From: a virus
Lineage: Duplodnaviria; Caudoviricetes
DNA length: 47,498 nt
Direction: 5' to 3' (one strand)
Virus record (IMG/VR): IMGVR_UViG_3300037349_000242
Span: 1 to 47,498 of that record
The notes beneath the pieces were generated by a model. The model saw only the letters and a program-made list of their open reading frames with translations. It did no database searches and was not told the DNA's origin. The translations under genes were made by a program, and so were the position numbers. The first letter of the stretch is position 1, and every line of letters begins with the position of its first letter. Positions 16,131 through 24,739 of this stretch are shown one piece after another.

Positions 16131-17024
16131 ATGATCAGGGCAGCGCGGTTCATAGGAGGCGTGTTCGGAAGCGCGATCCGAACCATCATTGTCGGTGTGG
16201 TGGCCGTGGCGATGATTGCAGGCGGCGTGGCGATCGCGGACTACAACATGACGGCCGGTTCCGGTCTCGTGTTTGCATCGCAGGTTATTTCAGCCGCAAA
16301 CTACGCCGCGATGCTGGTCTGCGATGCGACGGTCGGCAAGACGCAATGCGCGGCGGTCAACAGCTTCGGCAGTCAGCAGATTGATGTCACCACCAGCAAC
16401 AATAATCTTTATGCGGCGCTGACGTCGGCAGTGCCGTATCTGAACGCGACAGCATGGAATACCAACACCTACACAACCGGGCAGACTAATCCGGGTAACG
16501 CCGATGTTCACGGCGCTGAGTGGGTTGATGTGGGTGCATGGGCCGGGACGGGGTTGGGTGCCCCGTCAAATTTCGGAACGTCACCTGGTGCTGTTGCTGT
16601 CCCTGGTGTCAATGCATCTCAGTTCCAGGGCACGGCGGCTGTGGTGGCGGAGCCGTGCCAGACCAACACAAAGCTTTTTGCCCCGATCAATCTGAGCGGG
16701 ACGAGCGGGCTCTATACGACGCCGGTTCTCGCGGGCACAGCGGCGAAGAAAACCTACGTCTGCCAGTTCATCGCGAACAACAACGCCGCGGTTAACGTGG
16801 CATTCTTCGAGGCGACGAATGGAGGCTCCTGCGGTTCCGGTCAGGCTGCACTATGGGGCGGGACGACAGCGGCGACAGGATTTCAGTTCGCGGCCAACGG
16901 CGGCGTTTCGCTCGGTAACGGCGGCTACGCGATCATGGCGACCGCGACAAACCAGGACGACATCTGCGCGATCACGAGCGCCAACACGCAGATCACCGGC
17001 ACTATTGTTTACGTGAAGCAATGA
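16131..17024 (+). CDS. Signal/TM-bearing protein with C-terminal 4-Cys beta domain
   Basis: GGAGG RBS; hydrophobic segment ends GVAIA|D; YVC...CGSG...DIC pattern. Confidence 0.8.
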   Translation: MIRAARFIGGVFGSAIRTIIVGVVAVAMIAGGVAIADYNMTAGSGLVFASQVISAANYAAMLVCDATVGKTQCAAVNSFGSQQIDVTTSNNNLYAALTSAVPYLNATAWNTNTYTTGQTNPGNADVHGAEWVDVGAWAGTGLGAPSNFGTSPGAVAVPGVNASQFQGTAAVVAEPCQTNTKLFAPINLSGTSGLYTTPVLAGTAAKKTYVCQFIANNNAAVNVAFFEATNGGSCGSGQAALWGGTTAATGFQFAANGGVSLGNGGYAIMATATNQDDICAITSANTQITGTIVYVKQ

Positions 17025-20000
17025 AGCACATCATCCGCCTCGGACTTCTCGCGATCGCGCTTTTGACGTGGATAAGCGCGGCCAATGCTGCGGCAACACT
17101 GATCTCGACGGCCAGCGGCAACATCAATGCAACTGGCACATGGTCGATTGTTGATACGGTTGACAGCAACGCGTTCCTGAACTCAGAGACAGCAAACACG
17201 GCGCTGACCACGAGTTTCACAGGAGCCAGCACTTTTACGGTCACAGCGACGACGGTCATTTCCGGTATCGGTGTCAAATTGGCTTCAGTCGCGGCGGTCC
17301 CGACAGGAACATTAACCGTTCAGCTCTACGATACGACGCTCTCGTCCGCAGCGTGCGCGCAGACAGTGAACGTGTCCGATCTGGTGAGTGCGGCAGCGGC
17401 CACTGCGGAAGGTGGTTGGGTTATCCTGACATGTTCTGGAGGCAACTATACGGCCCTCGCTGATACGTATGAAATCCGCGCCGAAACATCCTCTGGCACG
17501 CAGGTAAATCTTTTCAGCAGCGGGACAACGAATTGGTCAAGGTTACTGGTGACGACCGCCACGCAGGCGAGTGGACCGGCCGCGGGCGACAGCTTTCTGG
17601 TCTATGGGCAGTTGACCGGGACCGGCACGCACAATGCCTACACGGTGACGGTTAACACGACCGCGAACATCAACTATGGGAACGTCGCCAACACACTTGT
17701 CTCGCCGTCCATCGCTGTCGGTCAGTACGGCACGCTCGCGTTCGGCACTGCCGCATCGACTGCGTACAAGATGGAAGTTGCCGGGATGGAGGTCACCTAC
17801 AACGGCGGCACCGTAACCATCGGCACAGTCGCCACGCCGATCCCCTCGACCAGTTCAGCAACTTTTACGCTCAACTCAACGGTCGAGGGCGATACCGGCT
17901 TTAATACACGCAACGGCGGGACGCTGAACATCGTCGGATCATCGGGTGGCCGCAATACCAACAAGACACAACTTGCAGCGGCGGTGTCCGGCGGCGCGAC
18001 GGCCGCAACGACCACGACATCGACGGGCTGGCTGAGCGGCGATACCGCCTACATCGCATCATCGACGACTGATACAGCCCAGACGGTCGCCGGTTATCTT
18101 GGCGACCCAATAACGCTGTCCGGTAACGCGAGCGGGACTTCATTGGCATTTACCGGAACAGCGCTCACGAACGCGCACACTGCTGCGACGCTTTCTTACA
18201 CCAGCACATCAACGGGTAACGCATACTCGTTCCCGATGCTTGTCGATGTGGTCCTGCTCACCGGCTACAACGTCATCGTCCAGGGAAGCGGCTCGACCAC
18301 GAACGGCTATCTCCACTTTCAGGCCAATTCCAACTTCGCAGCTTCGTGGCTGGAGTTTTCAAACATCAGCGGACTCACCGCCAAACAGCGAGGCATCGAG
18401 GCCGACACCGGCCCGCTCGGAACGTTCTCGCTGACATATTTCAGCATCATCAACTCGCACGACTCGACGATGGTGCTGGCTCCTACGAACGCTGCGTTCG
18501 GGGGGACGGCGACTACGGGCGTGCTCCTTCAGCACGGTGTTTTCTATAATGACGTGACGACTGCCAGCACGGCGCAGAACAATTATGGCCTTGCTGTTCT
18601 CACTGCGGGCAACAATCCGTACTGGAAGGTTGACGACATAACTGTGATCCTGACGGGAACTGCCACCTCAAACGTTGAAAGCCTTCCCGTTTCACTCATT
18701 AATGTTGTCGGGCAGGTCTCCAATTTTTCTATCACAGGCAGTTCCAATACCGGCGGAGCCAAGCCAGCCTTTGGCATCACCGCTTCTTATGGTGGTTTTT
18801 CCAGTATGCTCGGTGGCGGTATCAACACCTGGGGACCGATCACAACATATACGAATGTTGGAAATCCGTTCGCGTTCAACACATCACCCTACGGCGTTTC
18901 TGGTACGATAAATGGATTTTATGTCTGGCACGAGAGCGGACGTTGGGAGTGGAACGCCACTCTGGGCGCAGCAGTCATCGACCCGTTCTATATGATCACT
19001 TCGGCGTTCGGAATGTATCTGAGCGGGAACGGAATTGGTTTAACTGTCCGCAACGGTGTGATCGGATGGGACGCTTCGCCAGGCTCCGGTGCCTATCCGC
19101 TCACGCTGGACAGTAACTCCACCACTCATTTCTTCGACAACATGGAGTTTATCTGTTCCAGTACTACTCTCGGCAGCGTAGCATTTCAGGGTTGCAGCGG
19201 CACCGCTACAGGCAAAATACTGTCCCTGCATCAGGATGAGACAGCTGGAGGGCAGTATGTTCCAACAATGTCACGAGTTTTCTTGAGAAATTCATCGGTC
19301 CTCGGTGCTGGGACTGCCTATCCAACACAGGGCGGGCAGGAGGGATTCTACGGTACGCACGAGTTCATCGTTCATGATTGCGCGTCATGCACTCCCGTCA
19401 CGCATGGCGCATGGATTCCGGGCGGGTTCCTGAGCTACGACACGGCCGTTACTCATACTTCCGGCTATTCGCTTCGCATGACGCCTCGTGTTGTATCAGT
19501 GTCCGGGTATATCTCTTCCGGTTCTGGAAGCACATCTCCAGGCAACACGATCACGCTCACTTCTGGCAATCCATTTGTGCCACCGATTGATTTTCTATTC
19601 AGCAACGGCTCGGGCTTCGTGCCTGGAACGGTCGTTACGGCGGGCAGCGGTACGTCTTACACGGTCACTCAAACACAGTCGGTCGGGAGTTCAGGAAGCC
19701 CGGTTCAGTTCCAGAGCTACTATCCCCGTTACGGCTCTCTGCTTCGTCTGCAAAGTGCACCGGACGGCTACGGCGTCAAAGTCGCGGTGGTGAGCGGTGC
19801 GACCGCCAGCGTTTGCGTGTGGGTGCGCCCGTCGTCGAGCGGCGATGCTGCGCCACCGTGGGGCGGGAGCGCAGTCACGTACAACGGCGACACTCCGCGC
19901 ATGCTGGTGCGGCAGAATCCGTACATGGGCGTGCAGTCCGACACGGTGCTGACCACGGCGTTCACGCCTTCGTATGCCGCCGCGACATGGAGCCAGATGT

Positions 20001-20287
20001 GCGCGACGACTCCGACAGCGCCGGCTGACGGTGAATTTGAACTGGTTGTAGATGCTGACCAGACTTTTACGTCAAACGCCGGCGGATGGGTCAATGTCAC
20101 CGAGTGGTCCTGCTCATCGACCTGCAACAGTGGCAACAGTTCACAATTTTGGTGGAATGGTGCGCCTGCTGATTTTACCGGGCCGCCGTCAGGCGGTGGT
20201 CGTGGCATCATCGGCGGTTGGCTGCTGGAGAGGGACATTGCTCCCGCAAACGATAATAAGATCGCATGGGTGAATGCCGCAGCATGA
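17021..20287 (+). CDS. Large secreted Thr/Ser/Gly-rich beta-solenoid-like protein (adhesin- or spike-like) with ssrA-like C-terminus
   Basis: Signal MKHIIRLGLLAIALLTWISAANA|A; 1088 aa with beta-strand periodicity; ends RDIAPANDNKIAWVNAAA. Confidence 0.75.
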   Translation: MKHIIRLGLLAIALLTWISAANAAATLISTASGNINATGTWSIVDTVDSNAFLNSETANTALTTSFTGASTFTVTATTVISGIGVKLASVAAVPTGTLTVQLYDTTLSSAACAQTVNVSDLVSAAAATAEGGWVILTCSGGNYTALADTYEIRAETSSGTQVNLFSSGTTNWSRLLVTTATQASGPAAGDSFLVYGQLTGTGTHNAYTVTVNTTANINYGNVANTLVSPSIAVGQYGTLAFGTAASTAYKMEVAGMEVTYNGGTVTIGTVATPIPSTSSATFTLNSTVEGDTGFNTRNGGTLNIVGSSGGRNTNKTQLAAAVSGGATAATTTTSTGWLSGDTAYIASSTTDTAQTVAGYLGDPITLSGNASGTSLAFTGTALTNAHTAATLSYTSTSTGNAYSFPMLVDVVLLTGYNVIVQGSGSTTNGYLHFQANSNFAASWLEFSNISGLTAKQRGIEADTGPLGTFSLTYFSIINSHDSTMVLAPTNAAFGGTATTGVLLQHGVFYNDVTTASTAQNNYGLAVLTAGNNPYWKVDDITVILTGTATSNVESLPVSLINVVGQVSNFSITGSSNTGGAKPAFGITASYGGFSSMLGGGINTWGPITTYTNVGNPFAFNTSPYGVSGTINGFYVWHESGRWEWNATLGAAVIDPFYMITSAFGMYLSGNGIGLTVRNGVIGWDASPGSGAYPLTLDSNSTTHFFDNMEFICSSTTLGSVAFQGCSGTATGKILSLHQDETAGGQYVPTMSRVFLRNSSVLGAGTAYPTQGGQEGFYGTHEFIVHDCASCTPVTHGAWIPGGFLSYDTAVTHTSGYSLRMTPRVVSVSGYISSGSGSTSPGNTITLTSGNPFVPPIDFLFSNGSGFVPGTVVTAGSGTSYTVTQTQSVGSSGSPVQFQSYYPRYGSLLRLQSAPDGYGVKVAVVSGATASVCVWVRPSSSGDAAPPWGGSAVTYNGDTPRMLVRQNPYMGVQSDTVLTTAFTPSYAAATWSQMCATTPTAPADGEFELVVDADQTFTSNAGGWVNVTEWSCSSTCNSGNSSQFWWNGAPADFTGPPSGGGRGIIGGWLLERDIAPANDNKIAWVNAAA

Positions 20288-23206
20288 AAAAGCTGAACCG
20301 TATGCCAAGGTTGGCGGCCTGTATTGGTTTGTGTCTGTCAACGCTGCTGTTGGGGGGCTGGAATGTGCATGGTTACAGCCCTGCGGGCGATCTCAAGCGC
20401 ACCGTTCTGAACGCCAATAACGTCGCCAACCTTAACGACTATGCCTTCATTAATTTCTTTCAGGAGGCATCCGGGTTTGTTTCGCCATTCAACACCGGCT
20501 GGGCGAGCGGTATTGTCTGGAGCAGTCAGTATCTCGATACGCAAGGCTATCCCTGCACCAATCAGGTCACGCCTGGCGTAACGGGATGCACCTACGGCAA
20601 TGGTGCTGGCGTCAGTACGGCAAATCCCGGAAACGGTCGCTCCTTTGGCGGAAGCTTCTCAATTCCGGCTTCAACTAATTATTCCGGGGTGTATTGTCTG
20701 CAAGGCTACGGTACGGGCACGATTTCCCTCGGCGGAAGCGCCACATGGACCGAAAGCCCTGGGGCCTGCGGAACTTTTACAGGAACCTATAACAAGACCA
20801 GCAACGCGAATTGGACCGTCAGCGACGAGACATGGGCGGGATGGTGCATTCCTATTGCCTATTCTGGCACTATCGTCACGAGTAATGGTTTTCAGGTCAC
20901 CGCGACCGACACGAACAGCACCGGCCATTACATAAAAGGGCTGGCGCTATACCAGCTTTCGGATCAAACGGACTTTCAGGCTGGCAAGATATTTCGCTCC
21001 GCCTACAAGGCGCAAATCGTCAATATGGACCCGGAAGCCATCCGGGTCATGAACTGGTCCGGCGGCAATAGCGCCGGGGAAATGAATTTTACCGACCGGC
21101 CAACACCGCTGAATACGGTAGGCTATTCCGGCCTCTATTCGCCGGTTTCAAATCTGCTGCCCTACGGAGCATCGTCCGGTTCTAATCAGGTGACGATTTC
21201 CAGTGTTACTGGAACGCCAGCGTCGATGACGCACGGCGAGCGGGTTTACTTCCGGGCAGGATCGGCATCAGCCCGGACTGTGAACGGCAACGTGCAGGTT
21301 TCTTCGGTATCGCAGACTTCCGGAACGGTGACGGTTACAACCTCCACGGCGCACGGCTTTGCCGATGGCGACATCATCATCACGTTTCCGCCAAGCAGCA
21401 AGACTGTCGGGTCTGGAATGTCACTGTTGAATTTCTACCCGGCGACGATCAACACGTCAGGTTGCGGGACGACTTGTTATACGTTCAGTTTTAGCGGGAC
21501 GGTCTCTGGCTGTGCCAGCACCGGCGCGTGCAATGCGTCGGCCAACCAGTTTATGACGCTCAACGTCGGGTCGCGAGGGACTTATCCTCTTACGCTTTAC
21601 CAGGAGTCCGGTCCGTATTCATGGTTCGGGACGTTTGTGGCAAACAGTTATTATCAATTCTGTTATGACGCCCGCGCTCCCGGTCAGACGGACGGCAGCG
21701 GGAACTGGGTTTATGGCGTTTGGTTTCCGTGCAGCGGTAACGAGGCTACTGGCGCGCAGCGCACGGTGCCAATCGAGATTCAGGTGGCGTTTGTGAATGA
21801 ATTGAACGCGATGTCGCCGACTCATCCGATCAGTTTGTTTGTCACCATGCCGCCGATGGGGGTTATTTGCTATACTTACTACTGCGACCCCAACGGCACA
21901 GCATCGACGGATTGGCCGGTCAACGCGCTCAATGTCTATCTGAATGGTGCGAATGGCTATTCGGGGCTTAACAGCCCGGCGTTGCTTTATGTGCAGTATG
22001 GCAACGAACTATGGAATGGCGGCGATAGCCAGGCTGACCAGATGGGATTTTACGGGTCGCTGCCAAATACCGGCGCGCCCTACGGGCTGCGGCAACAGCA
22101 CGATAACCGATTATGCCACCTATTCCGCATTGCGTGAAATGCTTGCCGTCGAGGATATGAAGGCATCATCCTACGGTAAAAATCCGCGCGTCAAATACGT
22201 CATGGGCGGATGGGCCATCGGCGGTTATACTGCCGCGACATACAACTATATCCACGCGACCGGCTCAGGATCGAATCTCGCCAACTGCAATCCGGCGTCA
22301 CCGATAGGATCGACTGCTCCGATAACGCTGTTCGACTATTACGCGGTAGCGCCCTATTTCGCGATAGGCTCTGCCAACTTCACGACGTATATCGGGACGA
22401 ACGCCAGTCCCGGCACCTATACCACCAGCTGGATTTCTGATGTTCAAACCTACGGTCTGAACTCGTCCCAGGCCCTTGCCGACATCCAGAGCTACGTCAG
22501 CCTGTTGCAAACCGATAACACCGGAGACTCCACGAGCACCCTGGAAACCGATGTTACGGGCATTGGGAATCTGGTTGCTACCGGGACTGTGAATAATGGT
22601 GGTGTAGCCTACGGCAAGCGTCTGATCGGCTACGAGGGCGGCTTCAACACGGCATGGTCCGCGCCGCTATATATCACCGCGCTATCCTGCTCGACCAATG
22701 TGGTTTCCGTAACAGCCACCGGAGCGAGTGTTTATACCACGAACGAATATGTCCAGATCAACAACACCAGCGTGAGTGGCTGGAACATCATCGGTCAGGT
22801 GGCTTCCACGGGCAACACGTTCACCATTGACGTTGCTTCGTGTCCAGGCGGCTCGCCGACATCGACCAACTATCAGGGCTATTACGGTAGTGTCACGCCC
22901 GCGACACAGGGCTTTATATTGGCAACGACTTCCAGCGTTTCGTGGGCTAACGCACAGGCTTTGTTTTTCAATTATTTTTTGAATGACCCGCATCTGGCTA
23001 TGCCGGGCGTTTACGTTCAAATCAGTACAGAATGGGGATTCGCTTTTCCAGATACGTTTGGGGCGACTACGACGGAGGGTAACGGTCTGTTTCCGTCGTG
23101 GACATATATGGGCAGCTTCAATCAGCGATTTCCCTTCCTGCTCAACCGCGACCTCGACCCCGCATCCAACGACAACAGCCCGGCCTTTATCGCTGCTGCG
23201 GCTTAA
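20284..23206 (+). pseudogene. Secreted putative clan GH-A-like glycoside hydrolase split by a +1 frame break near 22078-22081 (ORFs 20284-22137 and about 22082-23206)
   Basis: Signal-like N-terminus. IRVMNW, VPIE...VNEL and YGNELWN are in frame 1; DYYAVAPYF and LIGYEGG are in frame 2. Removing one C from GCG CCC TAC joins the frames. Pseudogene, programmed shift and sequencing error cannot be distinguished here. Confidence 0.6.
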
Positions 23207-23285
23207 GTTACCCGCTATCGCCGGTTGCAAGGTGAACGGATGGGGAATCTTCATCCCCGGACTTCCAGACAAAAGGCTGCCCCAC

Positions 23286-23663
23286 ATGGCCCAGTTCACG
23301 GCAATGATCGACATGGTGAAGTCTGCGGAGGACGTGAAGAAAGAGATCGGCAATTCCTTTCCCGCAACGCCGGCTGCGCCAACCGTTGCGGCCTATCCGT
23401 ACGGGCTTTGCCTGTCGCTTGAGGAAGACGAACTCGCGAAGCTTGGCCTCGACGACCTGCCGAACGTCGGCGAAATGATTCACCTCTGCGCGATGGCGAA
23501 GGTGACGTCGGTCAGCCAGAACGAACGCGAAATGACCGACGGCTCCAAGAAAAGCTGCCGGCGCGTCGAATTGCAGATCACGCATCTGGCGACGGAAAGC
23601 GAAGACGAAGAAAACCGTTCCGAACGCTGGTACGGCAAGGGCGGCGCGGAGGACAGCAAATGA
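23286..23663 (+). CDS. Capsid staple protein (epsilon15 gp10-like)
   Basis: YPYGLCLSL...LAKLG...LP.VG....AMAKVTSVS...VELQITHLA; ends RSERWYGKGG.... Confidence 0.8.
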   Translation: MAQFTAMIDMVKSAEDVKKEIGNSFPATPAAPTVAAYPYGLCLSLEEDELAKLGLDDLPNVGEMIHLCAMAKVTSVSQNEREMTDGSKKSCRRVELQITHLATESEDEENRSERWYGKGGAEDSK

Positions 23664-23866
23664 AACGCTACCGTCTCACCGCCCGCGCCCAGATGCACGG
23701 CGAAGTCCGCGAACCCGGCTATGTCTTCACGCTGGAAGACGGCGTCAAAGGTCCGCACCGCACCGTGCGCGCGGACGACGCCAGCAAACAGATCGCCGAA
23801 CATTTCTCCGTCGGGCCGGATCTTGTGGACGTTCCGCTTTATGAGCCGGTCGCGGATGCCGAATGA
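23660..23866 (+). CDS. Small hypothetical protein
   Basis: ATGA coupling to the upstream gene; typical codon usage. Confidence 0.7.
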   Translation: MKRYRLTARAQMHGEVREPGYVFTLEDGVKGPHRTVRADDASKQIAEHFSVGPDLVDVPLYEPVADAE

Positions 23867-23893
23867 CGTCCGAGCGCTACGAGGCCATCACCG

Positions 23894-24736
23894 ATGACAT
23901 CTCCGATCGACTTGGTGAATCTGGCCCTTGATCAAGTCGGGGCCCGGGCAACCATATCGGGCATCAATCCGCCGTCGCCGCCGAACAGTCTCGCCGCACA
24001 GGTTGCGTCCCGTACCTACCAGCTCCAGGCCGATGCGGTGTTTCGTGCCGCGCACTGGAATTCGGCGCGGGTGCAGGGCCAACTGACGCTGCTCAAGGCA
24101 GCGATCGGAACACCGGTCAACCCGTCCGGAGCTTTGCCGCAGCCGCCAATTCCGTGGCAGTACGAATACGCCTATCCGCCGGACTGCCTGCTGGTGCGGT
24201 TCGTGATGCCGGCACCAAACTGGCCGACGTCGTCCGCGCCTTTGATGACCAATACCGGGATCAACTATACGCCGCAGGTGTTCACGTCGATGCCGTTCGT
24301 GCCGGCGATCGACACGGATGCCAACGGCAACCAGATCAAGGTCATTCTGACCAACTGCGGACCATGCACGACGCTGCCGAATACTTCACCGCCGCAGGCC
24401 GGCATGCCGCAGGTGGTCTATACCGCGCGGATTCCGAACGTCGATCTGTGGGATTCGCATTTGCAGAATGCGGTGATCGGCGCGTGCGCGGCGTGGTTCT
24501 GTGCACCGCTTAACGGCGACGACAAGAAGCGGGCGCTGGCGATCCAGATGGCGGCCGGACTGATCAACGTCGCGCGGGTGTCGGACGGGAATGAGGGGAT
24601 TACAGACTCCAACTTGATCCCTGACTGGATGCAAATTCGCGACAGCGGCAACAACTTCGGGCTGTGGTCGACGCCAAACGGCGGCTTCATGGCACCGTGG
24701 TCCGGATGGTCGGGACCCGATGGTCTGAGCTACTGA
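23894..24736 (+). CDS. Head-tail adaptor / tail tubular protein A-like
   Basis: IDLVNLAL..VG, HWNSAR, WQYEYAYPPDCL and VYTARI....WD motifs. Confidence 0.85.
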   Translation: MTSPIDLVNLALDQVGARATISGINPPSPPNSLAAQVASRTYQLQADAVFRAAHWNSARVQGQLTLLKAAIGTPVNPSGALPQPPIPWQYEYAYPPDCLLVRFVMPAPNWPTSSAPLMTNTGINYTPQVFTSMPFVPAIDTDANGNQIKVILTNCGPCTTLPNTSPPQAGMPQVVYTARIPNVDLWDSHLQNAVIGACAAWFCAPLNGDDKKRALAIQMAAGLINVARVSDGNEGITDSNLIPDWMQIRDSGNNFGLWSTPNGGFMAPWSGWSGPDGLSY

Positions 24737-24739
24737 TCC

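Noticed and set aside
20245-23206. The ANDN tags as remnants of a tmRNA gene or attachment site
   Set aside because: No tRNA-like ends are visible, the two copies are diverged in DNA, and both are in-frame protein C-termini.
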